Of a stretch of 64,000 nt of DNA, positions 56,187-64,000 are shown piece by piece (the first letter of the stretch is position 1; each line of letters begins with the position of its first letter). Location: the NCBI GenBank assembly GCA_017559855.1, contig JAFYQP010000068.1:5636-69635 (forward strand). The letters run 5' to 3'. Position numbers and translations under genes: made by a program. This DNA is from Clostridia bacterium (lineage in GTDB: Bacteria; Bacillota; Clostridia; Oscillospirales; JAAYXM01). Under the pieces are notes generated by a model. It was not told the DNA's origin. It saw nothing but the letters and a program-made list of their open reading frames with translations, and did not search any database.

Positions 56187-56555
56187 TTACTCTTTATCGA
56201 ACTTGATGCCAACAACATGTATGTTAACTGTAATCTCAGAAAGATTTGCCATAGCCTCAAGTGCATTAACAACAGCATCCTGAGCAGCGGCGGCAACAGT
56301 TGGAACGATCTCACCATATTTAACCGTCATATAAACATCAACAATTGTGCCATTTTCGTCATTTTCAACCTTAACGCCCTTTGAAAGAGACTTCTTACCA
56401 AGAAGTTCGGAAATTGCGATACCGCCGGTACCCAGGTCACCCACACCCTTTACTTCGAGTGCGGCAAGTGCGGCAATGGAGGCAACGACCTCTTCTGATA
56501 TATTGATATTTCCGTTTTCGCCTGTCTGATTTAAGTATTCTTTTGTATCTGCCAT
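56187..56555 (-). CDS. Asp23/Gls24 family envelope stress protein
   Basis: MADTKEY..INISEEVVASIAALAALEVKGV. The candidate promoter lies inside the longer track ORF, so the start at 56555 is preferred. Confidence 0.8.
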   Translation of the reverse strand: MADTKEYLNQTGENGNINISEEVVASIAALAALEVKGVGDLGTGGIAISELLGKKSLSKGVKVENDENGTIVDVYMTVKYGEIVPTVAAAAQDAVVNALEAMANLSEITVNIHVVGIKFDKE

Positions 56556-56593
56556 ATTAAATACACTCCTTAAACGGGAAGTTTGATACTGTA

Positions 56594-56622
56594 ATATTAA
56601 CACAGAAAACAATATTTTGCAA
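56594..56622 (-). promoter_or_regulatory. candidate sigma-A promoter of asp23
   Basis: On the minus strand: TTGCAA, 17-nt spacer, TAATAT. Confidence 0.45.
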
Positions 56623-56628
56623 TAAGCA

Positions 56629-57192
56629 CTAGATATTATTTTTAAGTTTTAGGTTAATTATTCGTACAACAACCGGAATTAAAACGATATTCAGCACTAA
56701 TTCTATTAGGAAATTTATACTGAAAATACTTATTAAAAATGCCGCAATATTTCCGTGCCAACCAAGAATCGTCGGAACAAAGAAAATCATACATCCAATT
56801 AAAAACACACCCGTATTTGCAATCGGGCTCAAAATCGCGGCAATTGCGGACGCAACTGTTGTTTTGTATTTTTTAAGCAATTTGTATGCAAGTGCCGGCA
56901 GTACGCCTGCGGCAATGCCTTTTGCAAGTACTGTTACGACTGTACCCGCTATGCTTACTGCAAGAAACGGTGCTGCGTCTCCGGTCATAAGTACTGCCAA
57001 GCCGAAAACAAGGCCAAGCCATGCACCCATGCCCACACCGCAGCAAACGGCACCCACTACAATAGGTGTCAGCGATAAAGTAATGGAGAACGTACCAAAT
57101 CTTATCGCCATACTGATATACTGCAGAACAATTACAAGTGCAGTAAGTATCGCACCGAACACCAATGTTCTTGTTGACATTCTTCTTTTCAT
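56629..57192 (-). CDS. ECF transporter S component, possibly pantothenate-specific (PanT-like)
   Basis: A 187-aa, 6-TM protein with an S-component-like profile. It lies immediately downstream of coaX. Confidence 0.5.
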   Translation of the reverse strand: MKRRMSTRTLVFGAILTALVIVLQYISMAIRFGTFSITLSLTPIVVGAVCCGVGMGAWLGLVFGLAVLMTGDAAPFLAVSIAGTVVTVLAKGIAAGVLPALAYKLLKKYKTTVASAIAAILSPIANTGVFLIGCMIFFVPTILGWHGNIAAFLISIFSINFLIELVLNIVLIPVVVRIINLKLKNNI

Positions 57193-57243
57193 AAAAATTC
57201 CTCCCGCTGTCGTTCGCTTACGCGATACAACGCAAAATTTTAT

Positions 57244-58035
57244 TTAAACATTTTTATTATATAAAATGTTTAAACCCTTAAGAACCAAGTTCTCATCAAT
57301 TGCAATATCGTGCTTACAATGCGGAATTATAGTCGGTGCAAGACCACCGGTTGCGTAAACCGGTAAATTCTCACCCATTTCGTCATTAAAACGATCAATC
57401 ATTCCATCAAGCATACTTGCATTGCCGAAAACAACGCCCGACCGCATACAATCGGCAGTATTCTTGCCAATTACAGATTTTGGTGCCTCAAGGCTGATTT
57501 GAGGAAGTTGTGCCGTGCCTTGAGTAAGTGCCTTAAGTGCAATACTGACACCTGGGATAATTGACACCCCTATAAACGCACCGTTTTTATCCAACACCAT
57601 AATCTTCGTTGCAGTACCCATATCTATAACAAGTGCCGGACTTTTATATAAATTATGTGCAGCAACACACGCACATATGAGGTCTGCACCAACAGATGCA
57701 GGATTGTCACAGTGAATGTTGATTCCCGTCTTTATACCCGGCCCCACAAGAAACGCATCTGTACCATATGCAAATGCGATTGCTTTCCTCATTATTGATG
57801 TTAGCGGCGGAACGACGGATGATATTATCGCACCTTTTACATCTGACTTGTTTACGTTGTGCACGGATAAGATATTCAAAATCTTCGTTGCATATTCATC
57901 CTCGGTTTTTGATGGATTTGTGGCAATTCTTACTACAAACTTCAACGTATCACATTCAAAACCACCGATAACAATGTTTGTATTACCAATATCTATCGCA
58001 AGAATCAAGGGAATCACCACCTCTTTTTTATACAT
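57244..58035 (-). CDS. coaX: type III pantothenate kinase
   Basis: LAIDIGNTN and DMGTATK ASKHA motifs. The start is ambiguous: ATG 58035, or TTG further in with a GAGGTGGTGA RBS. Confidence 0.85.
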   Translation of the reverse strand: MYKKEVVIPLILAIDIGNTNIVIGGFECDTLKFVVRIATNPSKTEDEYATKILNILSVHNVNKSDVKGAIISSVVPPLTSIMRKAIAFAYGTDAFLVGPGIKTGINIHCDNPASVGADLICACVAAHNLYKSPALVIDMGTATKIMVLDKNGAFIGVSIIPGVSIALKALTQGTAQLPQISLEAPKSVIGKNTADCMRSGVVFGNASMLDGMIDRFNDEMGENLPVYATGGLAPTIIPHCKHDIAIDENLVLKGLNILYNKNV

Positions 58036-58064
58036 ATTAGCATAATTAATATTTAAAAGCAAGG

Positions 58065-58601
58065 TTATTTTATCTCTATGATTTTTATCTGTGACGGCTT
58101 TACTTTTGCTTCACTCACAACTATATCCTTAATCTTTGAAGCATCTGCCTCACTTAATCCGGCATCTGTTACTTTTACTATAACGTTAACCCCCGCTTCG
58201 TTTATGAGTGTTACACAATCGGTAAAACCTTTTGCTTTAACAAGGGTTTCTATTTGTGTTTCCACAACCGCACCATTTGCAAGATTTTCAATCCCTTTCG
58301 TTGCACTCTCTCGCTCTTGCGTAGTCACCTTGTCATTCATAGTTGTTTCCTTTAAAGTGGAAATGGCACTGTCTCTGGCTTTTTGTTTCTCAAGTCGTGC
58401 ATTTTCAAAATAATCATCCTTTGTTTCTTCGATTTTTTCCTCGTTATCTATAAGTGTTGCTTCGCCTAAAATTTTGCCGGAATCAACATCTACCGAGTCC
58501 TCAATTCCAACACCTTGTGTGAAACTCCAATTAAGATATACGGCAACACATATAAATAGCACAATCATTGCGGTTACTGCACTTTTTCGCTTTAAAAACA
58601 T
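58065..58601 (-). CDS. spoIIIAH: stage III sporulation protein AH
   Basis: N-terminal TM, an acidic linker, and a C-terminal YscJ/FliF-like domain. Last gene of the spoIIIA cluster. Confidence 0.75.
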   Translation of the reverse strand: MFLKRKSAVTAMIVLFICVAVYLNWSFTQGVGIEDSVDVDSGKILGEATLIDNEEKIEETKDDYFENARLEKQKARDSAISTLKETTMNDKVTTQERESATKGIENLANGAVVETQIETLVKAKGFTDCVTLINEAGVNVIVKVTDAGLSEADASKIKDIVVSEAKVKPSQIKIIEIK

Positions 58602-58613
58602 AGAATATCCTCC

Positions 58614-59129
58614 CTAATTTTTCATCTTTAAAATTGTAATTTTATCGGCACTAAGTCCTGTAAGTGAAGATACAGCATCAGTAACATCAAGTCTGACTCC
58701 TGAAAATTCAGCACCGTCGCAAACCACCGTTGCACCTATAAATTCAGGATATATCTGCCTTACAACGACCGGCTCCTCTGCTCCTGAACCAACCGATAAT
58801 ATGCTTATTTTCTTATCGCTGTCTTTTGAATTATCATCACCTCTTTTTTGTGTACTAATAGACTCCTCCATAACAAATACCGTTTCATTGCTTCCCGATA
58901 CGGAAAGAGCAACCCTTATACGTCCGACATTGTCACACTCTGACAAAATGTTCTCTATCTTTTCTTCCCATTCCATTATTGAGAAATCAAGTTTTTCTGT
59001 TTTTTGCTCTTTAGGCGATGATCCGCTATTGCTCGGCAAAATCAAAAATATAACACCTATTGCAAGTAAAAAAAGAAGATATTTGTTCTTTTTTATAAAA
59101 TTCGTATACTTTTTAAAATCAGGCATCAT
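58614..59129 (-). CDS. spoIIIAG: stage III sporulation protein AG
   Basis: TM helix plus a C-terminal ring-forming domain ending in PEFIGATVVCDGA. A GGAGG RBS lies 6 nt before ATG 59129. Confidence 0.75.
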   Translation of the reverse strand: MMPDFKKYTNFIKKNKYLLFLLAIGVIFLILPSNSGSSPKEQKTEKLDFSIMEWEEKIENILSECDNVGRIRVALSVSGSNETVFVMEESISTQKRGDDNSKDSDKKISILSVGSGAEEPVVVRQIYPEFIGATVVCDGAEFSGVRLDVTDAVSSLTGLSADKITILKMKN

Positions 59130-59577
59130 CGTTTTCCTCCACAACAGTTATCATTCCTCGCCTAACACCGTACTCGTTTTCCAATATTTTAATCACATAT
59201 TCGTTTTGACAATACAAGACTACTTCAATAATTTCGCCCTTATCACAAGTTATTTCTATATCCTTTAAGTCAAGGTCGGTTTTATTACATATATACTCGC
59301 AAAGTTCTTTTTCTATGATAATGTCGGTTAATTTTTCCGTTTCATAAACCACGTCTTCAACTTTATCACTTAAAGCACGTTCACTTTCGCTAATTTCAAA
59401 TTCAAGAAAATTAAAATCAATCTTTTTAATAGGTGCAATTATAACGACAACAATAAGTAATGAGCAAATAATATTCATGGTATTCCCCGCCGTATTCTTT
59501 GGCAGAAATGATTTTATCACCGATATCATAAGCGATACCGTGCATATCCCCGATATCCAACTTTTTATCGCTTCCAT
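59119..59577 (-). CDS. spoIIIAF: stage III sporulation protein AF
   Basis: Two N-terminal TM helices (WISGICTVSLMISVIKSFLP) and position within the operon. Confidence 0.7.
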   Translation of the reverse strand: MEAIKSWISGICTVSLMISVIKSFLPKNTAGNTMNIICSLLIVVVIIAPIKKIDFNFLEFEISESERALSDKVEDVVYETEKLTDIIIEKELCEYICNKTDLDLKDIEITCDKGEIIEVVLYCQNEYVIKILENEYGVRRGMITVVEENDDA

Positions 59578-59586
59578 ACATCTCTC

Positions 59587-60672
59587 CTATGTAATTCCAA
59601 CCGCAAACATACACGAAACAATTGCTATAAATAAAAGCATTGCACAGGATGCGGTTATACCAAGCATTATTCCAAATGACGTTCCTATTTTACCGACAAG
59701 TTCGCTGCATTTTGCTTCACATACCGGCGATAGCACGGCGCTTACCACCTTAAACAAGAAATAATTTACACCCAACACAAGACACGGTGTTAAACATATT
59801 GACGCTACACTTATCAAACCGAAAACGCCAACAGAGTTTTTAAGCACTTTTGCACCCGACATCACCGCTCCCGTTGCATTTGAGAGTATTCCGCCCACCA
59901 CAGGTACCGCTCCGCTTATTGCAGTCAAGGTTTTTACTCCAACCATATCACTCGTTGAGGCAACAAAACCAGAAATTGATATATACGCCAGAAAAAGTGT
60001 AAGCATTAACTTAAGCGATCCGGTTATAACCCACTCGATAAAAGAGCAAATCTTTCCTATTGGCGAATTCTCTATTGCAGCATTTGCGGTTGCCGATGCT
60101 ATGTACATACCCACAAGAGGAATAAGTACTGTGCTCATAATCGACACGCACGTACTTGAAAATAAAACGCTGGCAGAGTGCCTTATCACCGCTCCTGCAG
60201 GCGATCCTGACGCCGCTACAGACGCCGCCAACGTAGGAAACAGAACATTTGAAAAGTCGCACATTTCCTCTATTGCGGTCTCAGACATTCCGATAACCGT
60301 GTTTATACTGCCGGATGCCGCGGCAACTATTGCAACCGCCGATATTGCATCAACATAGTTTGATATTTTCAGTACACTCCCCTGCATGGAATTTACAACT
60401 GCTCCAAGTACCGATACGGTTATCACTACACCTATGCAGGAGAGTGACCGTGTAAAAATCGCACCGGCATCTTTTTTAATCCTCTGCCATAATCCTTTAA
60501 TACCTTCATCTAATGAAGTGTTTGAATTTATGTCAATACCAACATCTTCCGGTGCCGCTTCCACAAGTTCTTTAACGCCTACTATTTTGCTTTGTTCATC
60601 AAGCACATCTGTTGCGCAAACATTTATAAAAAACACTAAAATCGCCATAGTTCCCACGATTATTTTCTTCAT
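59587..60672 (-). CDS. spoIIIAE: stage III sporulation protein AE
   Basis: 361 aa with a signal peptide and ~7 TM helices. Order is conserved. Confidence 0.8.
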   Translation of the reverse strand: MKKIIVGTMAILVFFINVCATDVLDEQSKIVGVKELVEAAPEDVGIDINSNTSLDEGIKGLWQRIKKDAGAIFTRSLSCIGVVITVSVLGAVVNSMQGSVLKISNYVDAISAVAIVAAASGSINTVIGMSETAIEEMCDFSNVLFPTLAASVAASGSPAGAVIRHSASVLFSSTCVSIMSTVLIPLVGMYIASATANAAIENSPIGKICSFIEWVITGSLKLMLTLFLAYISISGFVASTSDMVGVKTLTAISGAVPVVGGILSNATGAVMSGAKVLKNSVGVFGLISVASICLTPCLVLGVNYFLFKVVSAVLSPVCEAKCSELVGKIGTSFGIMLGITASCAMLLFIAIVSCMFAVGIT

Positions 60673-60675
60673 ATT

Positions 60676-61059
60676 TCACATCCTTGTTACAAGGCCGATT
60701 ACCGCGTTAAAAAGCGGGATTGAAAGTACCGTTGAAACAACTCCCGCACACAGTTCAATAACAGTAATCAAAGTATTGGCTCCCGAATCGCGACACAAAT
60801 CACATGCAATTTTTGACAAGATTGATATCGCAGTAACTTTAAATACGGGCGAAATCAGTTCATCGGAAATATTTGCTTTTTCTGCAAGTGTTTTTATAAA
60901 TTCAATCGTTTCTGCCAAAACATTTCCTATGAGAAAAAACAAAAACACTGCGGCAACAATCAAAATTACCGTTGAAATCTCAGGGAGATACCGTTTTAAC
61001 ATTGTGGCAGAAACCGCTGTAAGAACTGCAACGGCTATACATTTAATAAAAATATCCAT
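60676..61059 (-). CDS. spoIIIAD: stage III sporulation protein AD
   Basis: A ~127-aa, 4-TM protein. Start is MDIFIKCIAVAVL at 61059. Confidence 0.75.
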   Translation of the reverse strand: MDIFIKCIAVAVLTAVSATMLKRYLPEISTVILIVAAVFLFFLIGNVLAETIEFIKTLAEKANISDELISPVFKVTAISILSKIACDLCRDSGANTLITVIELCAGVVSTVLSIPLFNAVIGLVTRM

Positions 61060-61060
61060 A

Positions 61061-61261
61061 TTAAAATCCAAACGTTGCTTTAATAAAATCAAAAAGTTCG
61101 CTTATTTCACGAACGACGATCATTAAAACAACAATAAGACCTGCAAGTGTAGTGAGCATAGCCTGTTCTTCCCGTCCCGACCGTACAAGAAGTTGATTCA
61201 ACACCGATACAAGTATTCCGATTGCCGCTATTTTAAAAATCAAGTCAACCTGCATTTTCAT
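61061..61261 (-). CDS. spoIIIAC: stage III sporulation protein AC
   Basis: 66 aa: LIFKIAAIGILVSVLNQLLVRSGREEQAMLTTLAGLIVVL, the typical SpoIIIAC sequence. Confidence 0.85.
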   Translation of the reverse strand: MKMQVDLIFKIAAIGILVSVLNQLLVRSGREEQAMLTTLAGLIVVLMIVVREISELFDFIKATFGF

Positions 61262-61268
61262 CCGCCCT

Positions 61269-61787
61269 TTAAAGCAATATAACTACCAACGCTATACCGG
61301 CAATTATGCTTAAACTGCCGTATAACCTCCCTAATATCTCCTTTGATTTTTCTGCTACATCCAGATATTCTGTAAAATTGATTCGTGCATTTTGAAAAAC
61401 CTTCAGTTGTTCGCATACTTCATAACGCCCTAATGCATTCCCTATTTCTCCCATTGTTTGTTCTTCATTTTTTCCAAAATCCAGATTTACAGCACCTTTT
61501 AGTACTTTACTCCATATAAGTCCAAGTGGCAGGTCGTATCTTTCTTTATGTAAGTCTCTGCATTTCGTGAAAAAATCACACAATGTCTCATTCTCTGTTG
61601 CACATAGTTTTTCAAGCAGCTCATCTGTCGGTGTGCACATACACGAAATTTCGGCATGTATTAAGTCAATCGCCGCGATTACGCCTTTTAAAACTCCGAT
61701 TTTTCGAAGAAACTTCATCTTTTCATTCATACCGAAAGCCACACCGCAAGTTACAATTAAAATAGAACCAATTACTTTTACAAGCAT
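61269..61787 (-). CDS. spoIIIAB: stage III sporulation protein AB
   Basis: 172 aa with N- and C-terminal TM helices and a central helical domain. Order is conserved. Confidence 0.75.
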   Translation of the reverse strand: MLVKVIGSILIVTCGVAFGMNEKMKFLRKIGVLKGVIAAIDLIHAEISCMCTPTDELLEKLCATENETLCDFFTKCRDLHKERYDLPLGLIWSKVLKGAVNLDFGKNEEQTMGEIGNALGRYEVCEQLKVFQNARINFTEYLDVAEKSKEILGRLYGSLSIIAGIALVVILL

Positions 61788-62696
61788 TTAAAGTGCCTCT
61801 ACTTTTGCCGTATAATTTCCGTTTTTTATGCCTAAAACCACAGCTCGTTTGAAAATGCCGAGATTTTGAAGTTGTTTGTACAGCATTCTGTCAAAAAGTG
61901 AGTTAACTCCTGCACCGTGTGCGGTTGCGAGAAGTGCGACTCCACAATTTGCCGCCGATTCTATCGCCGCAATGTCCTCTTTTACGGTAATCTCGTCAAC
62001 CGCTAAAATCTCCGGTGTCATCGCTCTTAACATTACCATTGTTGCATATGATTTTGACATTCCTTCCATTACGTCTGTATGTTGTCCCAAATCAAACTGC
62101 GGCACACCTCTGTGTTTCCCCGCTATCTCATTCCGCTCGTCTGCAACCGATACTCTGTATGCGTATTTACCGTTTGATAAGTTACGTATCAAATCACGCA
62201 GCATCGTTGTTTTACCGCATCCCGGTGGTGATATTATAATTGTACTTTCAAAACCTTTATTTACTGTCAATTGCTCATAAATTCCATCGGATACACCTAT
62301 AAATTCCTTTGCAATTCTAATTGCCACTGAAGAAATATTTTTTATAAAACTGACCTCTCCGTTTTTGTAAACGCCGCTTCCGCAAAGTCCGATTCTGTGA
62401 CCGCCTCGCACTGTTAGGTATCCTGATTTGATTTGTTCTGACGAACTATGCACCGAACCACCCGTTGCAATGTCTACAATGGTTGCAAGTTCTTCATGTC
62501 GAACCTTTGCATCACTATTTACCGGCACTTCGCACTCATCGGTTAAAACGGTCAGCAGAGTCCCTTCTCTAAGTCTGAATTCACGTGCACGTTTTTTGAT
62601 TTCATCACTCATATTCATCGCATATGATCTGAGTCTTGGTGGTAAGAATTGCACCGCTTGTCCGTACTGTTTCAGCAAATACGTTTCATTTGACAT
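61788..62696 (-). CDS. spoIIIAA: stage III sporulation protein AA (AAA+ secretion-type ATPase)
   Basis: Walker A ISPPGCGKTTMLRD and Walker B LAVDEI, 302 aa. Confidence 0.85.
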   Translation of the reverse strand: MSNETYLLKQYGQAVQFLPPRLRSYAMNMSDEIKKRAREFRLREGTLLTVLTDECEVPVNSDAKVRHEELATIVDIATGGSVHSSSEQIKSGYLTVRGGHRIGLCGSGVYKNGEVSFIKNISSVAIRIAKEFIGVSDGIYEQLTVNKGFESTIIISPPGCGKTTMLRDLIRNLSNGKYAYRVSVADERNEIAGKHRGVPQFDLGQHTDVMEGMSKSYATMVMLRAMTPEILAVDEITVKEDIAAIESAANCGVALLATAHGAGVNSLFDRMLYKQLQNLGIFKRAVVLGIKNGNYTAKVEAL

Positions 62697-62823
62697 TTAA
62701 CTTCCCTCCGTATTCTTTATTTACCACATAATATGAATATTTTTTCATCGTTAGAACTTGATTTTAAAGTTGCTTTCTGTTAAAATAATTTCGATACACA
62801 AGTTTTGGAAAGGAAGCGATTCA

Positions 62824-64000
62824 ATGTCTAAATTTTTAGGTCTTGATATCAATCTTAAAAACATACCTGAACTAGACACCGGTTTTATGCCGATCTCTAA
62901 GTTTTTCGATGCTTATCAGAAGGATGTTGCAAGTGTTGGCGGAGTTCCCGTTAAAATCTCCGTTGAACGCGAGAACGGTCAGCGTTCCGTATACTCCTTC
63001 TCCATTTATGGTACCGATGAAAAGAAGGAAGTTGACTTCCTTGTTGTAGAACGCTTTATTAAAACTGTTCTTTGGGCTTGTGGTGGTTTTAAAATCACTA
63101 TTGGCGGTTGCGACCATGTTGCCGACTATATTAAAGAGTTGTATTGTGTTGGCGGCAAACGTGAATTCGACGCTGTTACAATGGCAAACATTTACGAAAA
63201 GCCCTTCGAAGTTATTACCGCAAAACTTGAAGATATCGGCGAGTCTATAAGCCATACCAAGAGTGCTGGTCGTAACTTAAACGGTTGCCGTATCGGTTTT
63301 GATGCGGGTGGAAGTGACCGCAAGGTTTCCGCAGTTATCGACGGTGAGGCTATCTGGAGCGAAGAGGTTGTTTGGAACCCCAAAACAAATGCTGATCCCG
63401 ATTATCACTATGAGGGTATTGTTTCTGCATTCAAGAGTGCTGCTGAAAAAATGCCGAGAGTTGATGCAATCGGTATCAGTTCTGCAGGTATATTCGTTAA
63501 CAACCGCACAATGCTTGCTTCCCTCTTCCTCAAGGTTCCCAAGGACTTATTCGATGCAAAGGTTAAGGATATTTACATCCGTGCCGCAAAAGAAATCGGA
63601 GACGTTCCGGTTCTCGTTGCAAACGATGGTGACGTTACCGCACTTGCAGGTGCTATGAGCCTTAATAAGAATAATATTCTCGGTATTGCAATGGGTACAA
63701 GCGAAGCAGTAGGTTACATCGACGGTGACGGTAACATTACCGGTTACTTAAACGAACTTGCTTTTGCTCCCGTTGATTTAAATCCCGATGCTATGATGGA
63801 CGAGTGGTCCGGTGATATCGGTTGCGGCGTTAAGTACTTCTCACAGGATAGCGTAAACAAACTCGCTCCCCGTGCAAATATCGAACTCGACGAAACCGAT
63901 ACTCCTGCAAATAGACTTAAAGTTACTCAGAAACTTATGGCAGAAGGTTCACCTAGTGCTGCATCTGTTTACCGCTCAATTGGTGTTTATTTAGGTCACG
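62824..64000 (+). CDS. ROK/ASKHA-family sugar kinase-like protein (3' end beyond window)
   Basis: Not in the track because it is cut by the window edge. ATG 62824 follows GGAAAGGAAG. Translation is MSKFLGLDINLKN...CRIGFDAGGSDRKVSAVIDGE...VANDGDVTALAG...GIAMGTSEAVGY, with ASKHA phosphate-1 and phosphate-2 motifs after a ~130-aa N-terminal extension. Confidence 0.6.
   Translation, partial: MSKFLGLDINLKNIPELDTGFMPISKFFDAYQKDVASVGGVPVKISVERENGQRSVYSFSIYGTDEKKEVDFLVVERFIKTVLWACGGFKITIGGCDHVADYIKELYCVGGKREFDAVTMANIYEKPFEVITAKLEDIGESISHTKSAGRNLNGCRIGFDAGGSDRKVSAVIDGEAIWSEEVVWNPKTNADPDYHYEGIVSAFKSAAEKMPRVDAIGISSAGIFVNNRTMLASLFLKVPKDLFDAKVKDIYIRAAKEIGDVPVLVANDGDVTALAGAMSLNKNNILGIAMGTSEAVGYIDGDGNITGYLNELAFAPVDLNPDAMMDEWSGDIGCGVKYFSQDSVNKLAPRANIELDETDTPANRLKVTQKLMAEGSPSAASVYRSIGVYLGH

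Noticed and set aside
60386-61126. A 246-aa plus-strand ORF antisense to spoIIIAE and spoIIIAD. Similar long antisense ORFs occur at 53823-54473, 46150-46788, 4243-4779, 29980-30504, 42553-43011 and 37841-38290.
   Set aside because: These are shadow ORFs on the opposite strand of confidently identified genes. None has a start context or family signature, and accepting them would require near-complete gene overlap.
62697-62823. Sigma-E-type promoter for spoIIIAA (CATATTAT at about 62727-62734 on the minus strand).
   Set aside because: The -10-like element is plausible, but I could not find a matching -35 (ATATT-like) at the expected 14-nt spacing. The support is too weak to list as a feature.
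62872-63658. Track ORFs 62872-63255(-), 63192-63383(-) and 63299-63658(+).
   Set aside because: All lie within, or out of frame with, the long open plus-strand frame starting at 62824. That frame encodes an ASKHA/ROK-like kinase running off the window and is the better explanation.
1-64000. A search for CRISPR arrays, IS elements or transposases, integrases other than xerD, prophage or toxin-antitoxin/defence modules, and tRNA or rRNA genes.
   Set aside because: None was recognised. Every intergenic gap over 120 bp is accounted for by promoters, terminators, two riboswitch-type leaders or the SCIFF peptide. The scan was visual only, so short or degenerate repeats could have been missed.

Overview
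This window looks like a core chromosomal segment of an AT-rich, spore-forming Firmicute of the Clostridia type, with PolC and complete spoIIM and spoIIIAA-AH genes. GC content was not computed. About 66 protein genes are tightly packed, mostly on the minus strand. I saw no rRNA or tRNA genes, CRISPR arrays, transposases, phage genes or recognisable defence systems.

**Gene content, left to right**
- MacB/HlyD-type efflux pair, cut by the left edge.
- cwlJ/sleB-like hydrolase plus gerQ-like gene.
- Cysteine synthase-like enzyme, NAGPA-type glycosidase and a DUF624 protein.
- xerD, spoIIM and proC.
- SCIFF radical-SAM peptide cassette (scfA, scfB) behind yajC and a YrzE-like membrane protein.
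- tgt, queA and a SpoIID/LytB-SPOR protein.
- Lysine riboswitch followed by asd-dapA-dapB.
- DtxR-like regulator, an ECF S component and a divergent truncated MocR regulator.
- ispH-rpsA fusion, plsC, cmk, a HutP-like gene and an FAD oxidoreductase.
- Toprim protein, holA, comEC and fba.
- The conserved block polC-ispG-rseP-dxr-cdsA-uppS-frr-pyrH-[UPF0016 transporter, SipL-like]-tsf-rpsB.
- ylmC, a permease and pepF.
- T-box leader followed by aroF-aroB-aroC-pheA-aroA-aroE/aroK and a TSCPD gene.
- asp23, panT-like gene and coaX.
- spoIIIAH back to spoIIIAA, then a divergent ROK-like kinase cut by the right edge.

**Features missing from the ORF track**
- The 47-aa SCIFF precursor.
- The two genes cut by the window edges.
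- The two riboswitch-type leaders.
- Several sigma-A-like promoters and intrinsic terminators.

**Hunt result**
I found no convincing unknown multi-gene system. The most interesting items are:
- the SCIFF cassette, whose precursor carries an extra cysteine;
- an orphan HutP-family gene;
- a Phe-type T-box controlling a shikimate operon that lacks a dehydroquinase and ends in a TSCPD gene;
- a probable AUU start on a UPF0016 transporter inserted, together with sipL, into the tsf-pyrH junction;
- a MocR regulator lacking about 100 C-terminal residues.

All protein assignments come from reading motifs by eye. No database search was run.
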